From Octopus vulgaris (lineage: Eukaryota), in NCBI GenBank assembly GCA_951406725.2, contig OX597824.1, positions 26,288,001 to 26,352,000 on the forward strand: DNA of 64,000 nucleotides, in the 5' to 3' direction. Shown here in pieces: positions 1 to 11,874 of the stretch. Within the stretch, counting starts at the first letter, position 1. Every line of letters starts with the position of its first letter. The notes beneath the pieces were generated by a model. That model saw only the letters and a program-made list of their open reading frames with translations. It was not told the origin of the DNA and did not search any database. The position numbers and the translations under genes were made by a program.

Positions 1-336
1 GTATATATATATATGTATATCTACATATACATATGTATGTATATATGTATGTATGTATATATATATACATACACACATACACACACACACATAAATATAT
101 ATACATATGTACACGTATTGCGTTTTGGGATTTGGTTTGCAAGATTCTTTATTTGAGTTCGTGTGTTGAATCATATTCTGTTGTGTGTGCAGAGAGTCAT
201 TCTCTGTTAGTGCATTATAATTTAACACACACACCGGTAATATATCCACTCATTTACTTATTTATTTTTCTAAAATGTTTGTTGCAACGAAAATATATAC
301 ATATGCATATATATATATACATACATGCATACATAC

Positions 337-870
337 ATGGTGGCTGGACCCTCGTTATCGAGTATGGCCATTGCACGAAGCTTAATCAATGTTGTTATCG
401 TGCAATGCCTGTGCAAGAAGATTTTGTTTATAAGGTGAGGAAAGGCTGTGCACTGAGTCAATCCCACTCACTAAGCAACAGCAGCCATAATCCGAAAAGA
501 AGAACAAGTCAACATCATTAGTAACCACTGAGCCGCAGTTACCTGAGTTACCTCTTCCTAGAAGGATGCCCTAACAAAGGCTAGGAGTCCTTCACTCCCA
601 ATAGTTTAACCGCGCGATCGGGTATTCAGTCCGATTATTTCTATTTCCCCCCGCATGATACAGCCTTAAGACATTTATTGGATGGCCGTTGACTCTCAAG
701 AGTTCTTCCGCCCTTTGACGGGTTTCGTTTTTCATCCCGCAGGGTGTCCAATAAACACCCTCCTCACCAAGCAACTTTGGTGGGGTTGCCGGTTTAGTCG
801 CCGACGACCCGACCATGCAACAGGTTGTACTGGGTTACATGTTACCAGTAGCACTCGAAAGTGACCTGAC
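337..870 (-). mobile_element. GC-richer repeat resembling the 5' UTR of an RTE-type LINE, or a derived non-autonomous element
   Basis: About 530-bp GC-richer block bounded by (TACA)n tracts. The minus-strand motif gaggagggtg...aaaaacgaaacccgtcaaagggcgga resembles RTE 5' regions as I remember them. No coding motif seen. Confidence 0.35.
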
Positions 871-890
871 ATACATACATACATACATAA

Positions 891-981
<91 letters not shown>

Positions 982-1173
982 CACACACACACACATATAT
1001 ATATACACACACACTCACATACATATAAATTTATACATATATATGTATACACATACATATATATGTATATACATATATATGTATGTATATACATATATAT
1101 GTATATATATATATGTATATATGTATATATATGCATATATGTATATGTATGCATATCCGTATATACATATATG

Positions 1174-1204
<31 letters not shown>

Positions 1205-1270
1205 GCATATATATATATGTATATATACGTATATATATATACATATAGATATACATCTATATATATATGC

Positions 1271-1311
<41 letters not shown>

Positions 1312-1370
1312 TATATACATGTATATACATATATATATATATATATTTATACATGAATATATATATATAT
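868..1370. repeat. Compound (CATA)n/(CA)n/(TA)n microsatellite
   Basis: Directly visible; source of the spurious HT/YI ORFs. Confidence 0.95.
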
Positions 1371-1915
1371 AATATTCTCCTGTGTTACTAGTGCAAAGGC
1401 ACAATCTCTTCACTAGAGCGTTTAAATAAAGAAACGTTTTTCATTGAAAAATACAGAATACGTCTTAATATGGACGCATAACCAGCTTTTATCTTTTTAC
1501 ATATTTCAATTCACGATTATATCCCTGTATATAAATCCCCTCATCAAACAAGGTTTTCGAAACTTGTCTTTGTCTGTACATATATATTCCCCTCCCATTA
1601 CCGAAAACTGAAGAGTTATCTCCATTACCCACAACAATAACAATAATAACGATAACCAATTACCTCCCTTTATTTATCTACTTGTGAAGTCATTCACTCG
1701 TGAATATCATCACACAACATAGACAAAATTTCTTCTTAAGAAAAAATACATATTCAAATAAGTAAAACATAATATCATGAATAGCGATTGCGAAACCGGT
1801 CGATATATTAAAAAAAAAATTTAACTATGTAAGTGTACATATTTTCCTTTTTTAATTTCTGATATACATTACAACCCACCCCGTGGGGATAATCGAAATT
1901 CCTCTTTCCTGTTAC

Positions 1916-1920
<5 letters not shown>
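1371..1920 (+). mobile_element. Penelope-like element 3' fragment: end of the GIY-YIG endonuclease plus 3' UTR/pLTR with a degenerate hammerhead
   Basis: 1371-1481 translates [35 protein letters not shown], matching the R..KE..FI.KY...LN end of the PLE GIY-YIG domain. Hammerhead-like motif at 1772-1806. Confidence 0.65.
1772..1806 (+). ncRNA. Degenerate minimal type I hammerhead ribozyme (PLE type)
   Basis: atatc-ATGAATA-gc(gatt)gc-GAAA-ccgg-TC-gatat. Stem I is atatc/gatat and stem III is the palindrome ACCGGT. The core is mutated from CTGANGA. Confidence 0.5.
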
Positions 1921-1963
<43 letters not shown>

Positions 1964-2720
1964 GTGTGTGTGTGTGTGTGTATAGTATATGTATATATAT
2001 ATATATATATATTGTATGTATACATATATAGATATATGTATACACACACGCAAAGTCATATACTTTGTATATACAGATAGATAGATGGACACAATTTCAT
2101 ATGTATTCTTTGTTAGTATTGGCCTATTTTACTATCTCTCTATCAAAATATCTATTGTGACTTTGATCTCTAATCACACCCCATCTCTTTATTGATCTAA
2201 CTAATTAATCTTGTTTCTTTGATAGTTTGTGCCACTTATAAACTACATGCGGGACATCAGTAAGCCATCCACTATACAAAGCCAAAAGTTACAAGATGTA
2301 CTTTCTTCGAAAGTAACAGACCACATTGTTGGGTTCTTGAGCGAGAGGAAGCTTATACTTGCCCGAGAGGGATACCGTAAAGTCTCACAAGTATCATCTG
2401 CATCATTACCAACAACAAGATATTCGGGGTCTCTTGTAGACCCAGAAAGGCTATCATGTACCGCACAATCTAGCATGACAATACCTTCATCGTCAGGATT
2501 TTATGAGTCACAACTGTCGATATCGTATGACGAATATAGAAATTCGCGGAATTACTCGGTAAATTTTTAAAAGACAAGGAAAGGCAGAGCGGTTAGACAT
2601 AATGTGTGCAAGGAAAATAATCAAGATGATCAAGGCTGGAACGCGTTTTATCATTGAGATATTAATTCGATTAAAGCTGATCTCAGGATAATCCTTCATT
2701 TCCTCTTTGCTCATTTGGAC

Positions 2721-2780
<60 letters not shown>

Positions 2781-3033
2781 ATGCGCACACACATCTATTT
2801 CTTTAATTCTTTTATTCACATCAGCCACACGACTACGGTCACGCTGGAGCACCACAGTGATTTTGTACCTTTTCAACATCTTTGTGTTTTGCTGATTATT
2901 TTGAGAGGGGGATGGGGGATTTCATATCATCACTCCTGCATGTTCTTCCTACCCCGCCACCCGGCTTTTTTTCCCTATCTAGTGCATGAGGGAGTTTTGA
3001 CACCGCTTGCACTCATCTGTACTTCATACCGAG

Positions 3034-3438
3034 CAGGGCCGGATTAAAACCCATCGAGCTGCAAATCACTTAAAAAGATTTTGGTACCACCATAAAACAT
3101 TATGTAATTCAAAGCATAAACAATAACAAACCTTGAAATAAATTTTTATTTTTCAAAACGAAACAGAATAGTAAGAGAGAAAAAAAAAATGTTTATTTTT
3201 GTATACTTCCACTTTATATTTGAAAAGTTTCCTCTTACTATTTTGAATTGCAAAGTCTTTGATTAATAAATCTTAGGTAACACTTCTGCATCTATACTTA
3301 GTAATGATAAAGGCATCCCGAATATTATTTTAGCAAGTTTAAAGTAATTTATTTTGTGCCGTAAACCCTTTACCATTTCTCCTTTCCTTGATGCCCTAAG
3401 CTTGTTCCTATTTTGCTTAATGTATAATCTAGTGCTGT
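3034..3438 (-). mobile_element. hAT-type non-autonomous DNA transposon remnant
   Basis: Starts CAGGGCCGGATTA, with a degenerate inverted end taatctagtgctg. The minus strand encodes LSLLSIDAE...LIKDFAIQNSKRKLF, like the C-terminus of the hAT dimerisation domain. Confidence 0.55.
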
Positions 3439-3651
3439 GCACACATACACATACACATACAAATACATATATTCGCCTGCCGGTGATAGCTTTCTCCCTT
3501 GTCAGTCATAAGAAAAGCGCCTGTCCTTGGTTAAGAGTTGTTTTGATTCTTATTTCTAGCAATGCTGGTGCTGATTAGTACCCTTAGTCACTTTAGTGAC
3601 AACTGAGTTTCTGTCCTTTGGTTGTAAATTGTGAAAAAGCCAACTTAATAA

Positions 3652-3701
<50 letters not shown>

Positions 3702-3703
<2 letters not shown>

Positions 3704-3896
3704 GGAGTAAACACATAAATGTGAAACAAGGTGGAAAAAAGAATACTCAAATACCAGTGGTAGAGTAATATGCTTTATTTAAAGCAGCAGAAAATTCAAC
3801 AAAACCTGTTACTCTGAGTAACTGCCCGACGAACGGAAACGTGAAACTCAGAGTAACAGGTTTTGTTGAATTTTCTGCTGCTTTAAATAAAGTATA

Positions 3897-3897
<1 letters not shown>
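3702..3897 (+). mobile_element. PLE-type inverted pLTR remnant: 47-bp perfect inverted repeat with a hammerhead
   Basis: 3773-3819 is the exact reverse complement of 3846-3892. The loop and right arm read CCGACGA-acg(gaaa)cgt-GAAA-ctcagag-TA. Confidence 0.65.
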
Positions 3898-3948
<51 letters not shown>

Positions 3949-4090
3949 TGTGTGAGTATACTCATATAAACATATGTATTTAGATACATATATGTGTGTG
4001 TATTCGTATGCATGTACATATATATGTATATATACGTATGTACATATATGTGTATTCATATGTATGTACATATATATGTATCTATATGAA

Positions 4091-4128
<38 letters not shown>

Positions 4129-4261
4129 CATATATATATATATGTATATGAACGTACATATATATATATATATATTTATTTACAAATATATTTATATGTG
4201 TATGTATGTACACATACACACATATATATATATATGTATGCATATATATATATATATATAT

Positions 4262-5060
4262 GTCCATAGATTAGGGAATGGAGTAGATAACTACATATTT
4301 CTTAGCTATCAGAGCCTCGGAAGTGGTAAATTACTGAAGCGAAGGGTAGACCGCAAGCTACTCTTCAGGTCTACGATACCTTGGTTATATGAAGTTTATA
4401 TTGCCGTTAGGAGGTCCCATGTTAAACTCGTTGGCATTTCGATCGAATCTCCGAAGAATAACCACGAGACCGCATATCGACAATGCAAGCTTCATATACT
4501 TAAGGCCAATGGAAGCACTCCGTCGGTTACGACGACGAGGGTTCCGGTTGATCCGAATCAACGGAACAGCCTGCTCGTGAAATTAACGTGTAAGTGGCTG
4601 AGCACTCCACAGACACGTGCACCCTTAACGTAGTTCTCGGGGATATTCAGCGTGACACAGAGAGTGACAAGGCCGGCCCTTTGAAGTACAGGTACAACAG
4701 AAACAGGAAGTAAGAGTGAAAGAAAGTTGTGGTGAAAGAGTACAGCAGGGATCACCACCATCCCCTGCCGCGCGTCATGGAGCTTTAGCTCGATGGGTTT
4801 TAATCCGGCCCTGCTCGGTATGAAGTACAGATGAGTGCAGCGCCCGGTCTGGGAATCGAAACCGCGATCCTATGACCGCGAGTCCGCTGCCCTAACCATT
4901 GGGCCATTGCGCCTCCACATACTTAAGGTATCCTTGGCCTGAAGACTAGTTTGTGGTGTAACCCACGTTTGGTTAATTTACTACTTCTGAGCTTCTTCTA
5001 GCTATGAAACATATGTAGTCTGGATTTTATCGATTTCATTCACCAAGTTTTGGCTGTTTA
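4262..5060. mobile_element. Inverted pair of hammerhead-containing PLE-type repeats, interrupted by a SINE
   Basis: Minus-strand 4283-4395 (CTGAAGA...GAAA-tatg-TA) is homologous to plus-strand 4490-4505 plus 4929-5025 (CTGAAGA...GAAA-catatg-TA). Confidence 0.55.
4506..4918 (-). mobile_element. tRNA-derived SINE family B, full length, with a 10-bp TSD
   Basis: Head ggaggcgcaatggcccaatggttagggcagcggactcgcgg...ggtttcgattccc carries A and B boxes. TSD atacttaagg at 4496-4505 and 4919-4928. Near-identical to 52743-53124 and 60132-60518. Confidence 0.9.
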
Positions 5061-5062
5061 TT

Positions 5063-5226
5063 CGCAGGAGTGGCTATGTGGCAAGTAACTTGTTTACCAA
5101 CCACATGGTTCCGGGTTCAGTCCCACTGCGTAGCACTTTGGGCAAGTGTCTTCTACTATAGCCTCGGGCCGACCAAAGCCTTGTGAGTGGATTTGGTAGA
5201 CGGAAACTCAAAAGAAGCCCGTCGTA

Positions 5227-5285
<59 letters not shown>

Positions 5286-5510
5286 GCGTGTGTTTGTGTG
5301 TCTGTGTTTGTTCCCCCAACATCACTTGACAACCGATGCTGGTGTGTTTATGTCCCCGTCACCTAGCAGTTCGGCAAAAAGAGACCGATAGAATAAGTAC
5401 TGGGCTTACAAAGAATAAGTCCCGGGGTCGAGTTGCTCGATTAAAGGCGGTGCCCCAGCATGGCCGCAGTCAAATGACTGAAACAAGTTAAAGAGTAAAG
5501 AGTAAAGAGT
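5063..5510 (+). mobile_element. tRNA-derived SINE family A, full length
   Basis: A box tggctatgtgg, B box ggttcagtccc, CORE-like ctttgggcaagt, internal TA/TG microsatellite and (aaagagt)n tail. More than 12 copies in the window. Confidence 0.9.
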
Positions 5511-6464
5511 ATATACCTTGTGTATTCGCATGTACAATAGTTTATTCGCATGTGTTGATTACATTGTATATGCGAATAAACAGTAGCATATGGTTGTTGT
5601 TGTTGTACTGGGTGTGACAGCCTTGTGACAGCGTGACAGTATTGGGTGTGACAGAACACACAGTATCACCAAATTTCAAGTAAGGGTATAACAAACATTT
5701 TCCTATAAGATTTGTGATTAAATTAATGAGTAGGGTTAATATTTATAAAGAATTTGCTATTATGTATGTATGTATGTATGTATGTATGTATGTATGTATG
5801 TATGTATGTATGTACGTCTCTTCTATTTTTTTTAATTATTATAAATCTTCCATTGGAGAGGGAGCTGGTTTCCAACAAAGACACAAATCTCCATCTTTGG
5901 GACGTACTTAACACAGACAAATTCACTTTGGGAACTTGAGAAAAGTCATGCAGATTTTTACTGTTCCACTTGTACGGATCAGCCGGTCAATTTCTCTTTC
6001 TGAAAATCCCATGTATGTATGTATGTATGTATGTATGTATGTATGTATGTATGTATGTATGTATGTATCTTTCTCTTTCTTTCTCTGTCTGTCTGTTTCT
6101 GTATCCCTTCTTTCATCAATCTCTCTGTTCGTCCGTCTGTCTCTCTGTCTTTCTGTCGGAGTGTCATTCTGTCTGGCTGTCCCTACGTCTGATCATTTGT
6201 GCGTCCGTCCGTTCGCCCGTTCGTTCGTCAGTCTGTTCGCCGTTTATCTCTTCGTGGGTGTGTCTACCTGTCTGGTTCTCTGTCTCTTTGTCTTCCTGTC
6301 TTTCTATCTCTTTTTATGTCCAGCCATCTGTCTGTCCGTCCGTCCGTCCGTCTGTTCGTACGTCTGTCTGTCCGTCTGTCCGTCCTTCCGTCCGTCAATT
6401 CCTGTCCGTCTGCCCTTGTGCTAAAAATTGAAACCGTTATTTTTGTTGGTGTTGTTGTTGTTAT

Positions 6465-6720
6465 TAGCTCGCCGAACGAAATGCTTAGCCGCATTTCGTT
6501 TGTTTCTACGTTCAAATGTGAGTTCAAATTCCACCGAAGTTGACTTTGCCTTTCATCCGTTTCTATGTTCTGAGTTCAAATTCCTCCGAGGTCGACGTTA
6601 CCTTTCGACCCCTTTCAGGGTCGATAAAATAAGTACCAGCTGAGTACTGTGGTTGATGTAATTAACAAGTCCCGACTTCGTTAAACATTGCTAGCCTGGC
6701 GCCAAGATTCGAAACGAATA
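6465..6720 (+). mobile_element. SINE family C, diverged
   Basis: gagttcaaattcc B box and gactttgcctttcatcc / ggggtcgataaaataagtaccag core. Confidence 0.8.
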
Positions 6721-6961
6721 TATTTAAGTGGGCTCCCATTCCTGTCAGTTTTCGTTTCATGTTTCTTAATTAACTTATTTCAATTGATAAACTATTTCAT
6801 ACAATCACATATTTATTATTATGTTTGAATTATATTAACTTTTTGATATGTTGTTTGTATAATGTTTATATATATAACATTGTTTCGTTTACCTTACGTT
6901 TATATCGTTTTTTTTTTCTGTTGGATAAAATTTGCATCTTTAGAGATAAATAAAATACAAA

Positions 6962-7006
<45 letters not shown>

Positions 7007-7238
7007 GTTGTCTTCGGGATACGACAGGCGTGTTTTCGAACGCTCTGAGTAAGTTCTCATTATATTAATTTTTTACACCATTCGGTTTTGTTTCTAGTTT
7101 GGAATTTTCGTTCCATTTTGCTACTGGAAACACCAGGAACATGTCACTAGGTTTTTATGTAGTTGGTTGGCCCCGCAAGTGGCAATATTCAATCCTCCAG
7201 AAAATTGTTGGAGAGGCGTTTAAAAACTACAGATTTAG

Positions 7239-7250
7239 CAAGATGGCGGC
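7239..7250 (+). promoter_or_regulatory. Perfect YY1 consensus site (CAAGATGGCGGC) in a non-repetitive island
   Basis: Exact 12-bp match to the YY1 consensus, inside unique sequence 7010-7330. Function not shown. Confidence 0.3.
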
Positions 7251-7652
7251 GTCCTCCTTAACACACTTAAAAGGAAAAAAAAACAACATTTTCTCCCTCC
7301 ACCCAGTCTTTTTACAGCAGAAGACTTCCTTTCCATGCCTTCTCTTATCAAAAATAATGCAGGAGAAGGGGAGGAGAAGAAAGAGATTGGAAACAGAACA
7401 AAGTCTATCTCGCCAAGAGAAGCCAGTAAGAGTGATTGTGACAACAATAGTGGCAGTAGCAGCAGTGGCAGCAGTGGCAGCACCAACAGCAGCAGTGGTG
7501 GAAGCTACATGAACAGTGAAGGCGTCAAAAAGAGCGGTAGTAGCAGCGACAGTAGTAGCAGTGTCGGCAGTTTTGACAACTTAAGTGATTTTTTTTTTAT
7601 TATATCTTTTACAAAGAAGGTCAATACAGGTCGTTACAAACATATAAATGTG

Positions 7653-7872
7653 TTGGCAGAAACGTTAGCACGCCGGGCGAAATGTGTAGCCGTATTTCGT
7701 CTGCCGTTACGTTCTGAGTTCAAATTGCGCCGAGGTCGACTTTGCCTTTCATCCTTTCGGGATCGATAAATAAAGTACCAGTTTCGTATTGGGGTCGATG
7801 TAATCGACTTAATTCGTTTGTCTGTCCTTGTTTGTCACCTCTGTGTTTAGCCCCCTTGTGGGCAATAAAGAA
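7653..7872 (+). mobile_element. SINE family C
   Basis: tggcagaaacgttagcacgccgggcgaaatg...gagttcaaatt...gtttagcccccttgtgggcaataaagaaat. Confidence 0.9.
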
Positions 7873-7875
7873 ATA

Positions 7876-8111
7876 TACTCTTACTTTTTTACTCTTTTAC
7901 TTGTTTCAGTCATTTGACTGCGGCCATGCTGGGGCACCGCCTTTTTAGTCGAGCAAATCGACCCCAGGACTTATTCTTTGTAAGCCCAGTACTTATTCTA
8001 TCGGTCTCTTTTGCCGAACCGCTAAGTGACGGGGACGTAAACACACCAGCATCGGTTGTCAAGCAATGCTAGGGGGACAAACACACACACACAAACACAA
8101 ACACATTCACT

Positions 8112-8143
<32 letters not shown>

Positions 8144-8310
8144 AATACGACAGGCTTCTTTCAGTTTCCGTCTACCAAATCCACTCACAAGGCATTGGTC
8201 GGCCCGGGGCTATAGCAGAAGACACTTGCCCAAGATGCCACGCAGTGGGACTGAACCCGGAACCATCTGGCTGGTTAACAAGCTACTTACCACACAGCCA
8301 CTCCGGCACC
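7876..8310 (-). mobile_element. SINE family A, full length
   Basis: Reverse complement of the family A sequence, from tail to tRNA head. Confidence 0.9.
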
Positions 8311-8439
8311 TATGACCTCCACATTAAATATATATTTAAAAATTGATGAATCATCTAAGTATAAATTTAAAATTTTCAAAATTTTTTTTTTTTCACAAAA
8401 TATGGCCGGAATGCTAGCGACTACACCTTGATTTTACCA

Positions 8440-9010
8440 TGGGTGGGATTAAGTAGGGACAGTCATTCCCAACTTCCTCACGACATCCTTCCATCTTTTC
8501 TCATATACTTTGCGACAGGTGTCTCCTCTCCAGCCCTATCTTGCTCTTCAGGTGGTACCTGAAGTAGTATAGCAAACCAGGGCCGGAGATGAAGGATCCT
8601 GTCACGATTCCTTGCACTCTTGTTCTCCATGTACACTCTTTCATTACTGCAACCGTACATAGAAAACATGCCTCACCTTCCTTTGATAGTCCGGTTGGCG
8701 GTACAATCTTTATCACAGACTCAGCTAATAGCTGTACTCTTCCCAGGTGTGACAACACGTGTTCTACGTAAATTATCAATCCCGAAAGCTCCGGGCATTG
8801 TGCAAGAGCGTGCAGGACAGTTTCCTTGTCCTGCCCGCACCTTGGGCATGCCGGTGGCACTGATATTCCGTGCCTGGGCAATTTATCGCGGACAGGTAAC
8901 GCATCCCTGTAACACTGCCAGGTCAGGGATCTTTGGTAATTATCCAAATACCCCGACCTGAAGGTTTTTTGAAACAGGTTGGCTAGCTGGTTCTCATCGA
9001 ACCCCAGAGC
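8440..9010 (-). pseudogene. Tx1/L1-clade LINE ORF2 C-terminus (zf-RVT, CCHC)
   Basis: ORF 8501-8947: WQCYRDALPVRDKL...CPRCGQDKETVLHALAQC is the zf-RVT pattern. Confidence 0.8.
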
Positions 9011-10600
9011 GTGGCAGCAAGAGCAACGATAGGTGTGGAAACGGAGTAGTTGGCGGTAGCGGTGGTAATAGTGATAGTAGTATTAACGAAAGTGGCTACA
9101 ACCCCCCCACCAGTAACTACGAAAATAAGACTTCTTTCGCAGGTGCCGCTGCCGCTACATCAAAAAAGATTTTCTCCCCTCACCCTAGAGGACAAAGCCT
9201 TTAAACTGGCGAACGCAGATGAATTTTTAAAATATCGATGGGAGGAGGGCAAAGCGGTCTCTATCACCTGAATGGTTAGCAGTTACAGCCAGAAAAATAG
9301 TGACGTACCGCTGCATTAGCCGTAAGTCCAAACGGCTTGAAACGGCAACGAACGTCCAAATAGAAAAGTCCCTACACGATATATGGTTGGACATCGGTCA
9401 TATATCAAGGGCAAAGAAGTTCGGCGGGGTGGAAGTTTTATTTAAAATTGAGGCCCTGGTAATTCGACATTCGGTGTCCGCATGCTGCAAAGAGGAATTC
9501 GTGCTCTTCCCTATGAATATAGGAAGAAGGGCGATAAAAATGATCATACAGAGGGTGCCACCAGACCTAGATTTGTGGTGGGTACTCGCTTGTGTAGTAA
9601 TCAAGAGTGACAATCTCCTGGAGGTCAAGAGATAAAAAAAGGAGACTAGACAGGGATCACACTGGAGGTGCTACTCCATGTAAAGTTAAACCATATGGAG
9701 AGGATCCCTGACCTGATCTCCCTGCCGAATGGAACTGAGTTGAGAGTGATTGTAGAGGGTAGATGTCGGAGATGCCATGTCTGTAGCAGAACAAATCATT
9801 TACGGGCGTCCACAAAACAAAACAAGAGAGAAGAGAGGAAGGCCCCATCGCCCATGTCACAGCCATTTCCACAACAATATTATCTACAGGAAGAAAAAAA
9901 AAGGAGTGAGGCAACATCAGCATCTCAAGACAGAACAACAGCAGTGGCTCTATCTGAGGCGGAAGGACCGGCGGTAGTAGCAAGAGAAAGGGCATTATCA
10001 GAAACAGTAGCAGCAGCAGCGGTAGCAGCAATAACAACCGCTCCGATAGCACCACCACGACCGTCACCACCAAAATTGACAAAACCTTCAACAGAGAGGA
10101 CCACTCAGAGCTTTCCTTAACTCAGCTCTCCATCTCCCTCTCTCTTAAACACACATTCACACATAAACACCCACACAAACATAAGAACACAGCCACCGTT
10201 ATCGGGGACGGACTATACAAATTCTGATTGCTACATGCCTCGAAGTGAAGACGAAGAAGGACTATAAAAGCCTAAAAATTAAGAAGAATGCGCAAGAGTA
10301 AAACATCCGGCCTCACACCAATACACACATCGGACAACACAGAAAATGTGCGCACAACAAATACAGTCACACAGGTCAACAACACCTTCAGCTCCACAAC
10401 TGTTGACACAACAAAAGCTATGAACGCCAACATAACCAACACCACCACTACTCCACCTCATCCCCAAAAGAAAGCTTTCTGAAGAACTGATAAATTTACA
10501 GACACCAAATTTTGTGCATGTGAGGAGAGCATACAAAGATCTCACAGCCCTCATAACTCGAAATAAAGGGTATACAGTGACAATTTTGTAGAAACAATGC
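9011..10600 (+). pseudogene. Tx1/L1-like ORF1 (gag-like, zinc knuckle), disrupted
   Basis: ORFs 9050-9271, 9300-9635 and 9668-10120. RIPDLISLPNGTELRVIVEGRCRRCHVCSRTNHLRAS resembles the ORF1 CCHC region and is followed by a low-complexity P/T/S tail. Confidence 0.6.
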
Positions 10601-10689
10601 CTAATTCAACAAAAAGAAGGCCAGAAATGAATTTTCCGTGTCATTTTGCATATAAAAATGGCCACAGATCTCTTGTACTTTTTTGAGTT

Positions 10690-11020
10690 TTGCACAGTGC
10701 CATCCAGCCCCGGAGACTTCTCCCTTGTAGAGCCCGTCATTGCGTTCAGTATGTCTTCAGCTGTTATCGGCATTTGGAAGACCTCCACATCCCCTGGTCA
10801 AAAGGCGCAGCATACTGTCGAGGTACGAAGTGAAATCTACCTCCATCTCCGACACACCATGCGCCCCGAACAGTTTGGCAAAGTGCCGCTGAAATTTCGT
10901 ACAAATCTTCTTGGATTCGTGTAGATATAATGATTTCAAATTTTGGCACGCGCCAGCAGGTTTCGGAGCAGCAGGTAAACCGATTACATCGATCTCAGTT
11001 GGGCTACTGGTATCTCGCTT
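10690..11020 (-). pseudogene. Tx1/L1 ORF2 fragment (endonuclease-RT tether)
   Basis: FQRHFAKLF...PITAEDILNAM...KSPGLDG is the conserved pre-RT motif. Confidence 0.7.
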
Positions 11021-11107
11021 CACACCACAAATACGAAAAAGATAAAGGGAAGACTTTAAAAGGCCAGCAATCCCGTCATCAAACAGTACAACTACCAAAG
11101 CATTACA

Positions 11108-11145
<38 letters not shown>

Positions 11146-11185
11146 CAACAACAACAACAACAACAACTACAACAACAACAACAAC
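11108..11185. repeat. (CAG)n(CAA)n microsatellite
   Basis: Directly visible. Confidence 0.95.
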
Positions 11186-11486
11186 GTTTCATGTATTTAT
11201 GATAAATTTATGATAAATTGTATTGCGTAAGAGTAGCAAAGTTAAGGGGAAATAACTCTGCAGCAAAGACAGTCGGGCTCAGTTTTAAGTAATCTCCCTT
11301 ACACTGTATGAATTTGGCCTATGTTGCTTGCGCTTGCATTTTATACGTGTGTGTTTGTGCGCGCGCGTGTGTGAGTGCGTATGATGGGGACAGGCGATGC
11401 TAGGAGGTTCCGAAAAGATGAATTAACATTGCAGCATCCCATTTTATTTATCCCCAAATTATCTTCGTTTCTGGGAAATAAGTTAA

Positions 11487-11874
11487 TCTTGATTTAGTTT
11501 TCCCGGTTTTATAGGGAATATTTCAAGTTAATAAGCATCAAATTCTGACTCCAGCAAGCAACTATGACTCCAGCATGTAACTGTGACTCCAGTATGCAGC
11601 TGTGACTCCAGCATGCAACTATGACTCCAGCATGAAAATTTGATTCCAGTTTCATTTGTGACTCCTACATGAGGCTGTGACTCAAGCATGCATCTTGACT
11701 CCAGCATGCAACTCGACTCCAACTTTCAATTTGACTCCAGCATGCAACTTGACTTCAGCTTTCAACTTGACTCCAGTCATAGTTGAGCTGGAGTCATAGT
11801 TGCTTGCTGGAGTCACAATTTGATGCTTATTAAATTGAAATATTCCCTATAAAACAGGGAATACTAAATCAAGA
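11487..11874. mobile_element. Foldback-type MITE: ~90-bp TIRs and an internal array of 18-19-bp GACTCCAGCATGCAACT repeats
   Basis: tcttgatttagttttcccggttttatagggaatatttcaa... mirrors ...ttgaaatattccctataaaacagggaatactaaatcaaga. About 13 tandem units, with orientation flipping near 11780. Confidence 0.75.

Noticed and set aside
2229-2570. 113-aa non-repetitive ORF
   Set aside because: No recognisable motif or splice context; starts at GTG
4558-4761. Near-identical 67-aa ORF MVVIPAVLF... recurring at 52870 and 60182
   Set aside because: It lies within SINE family B; the recurrence reflects repeat identity
5063-5140. tRNA-like sequences at SINE heads
   Set aside because: They have A and B boxes but no intact cloverleaf, and they continue into SINE bodies
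7335-7769. 144-aa Ser/Gly-rich ORF
   Set aside because: Built from AGC/AGT repeats and runs into a SINE C
11528-11780. Regularly spaced short repeats resembling a CRISPR array
   Set aside because: Units are contiguous 18-19-mers without unique spacers, there are no cas genes, and the context is eukaryotic
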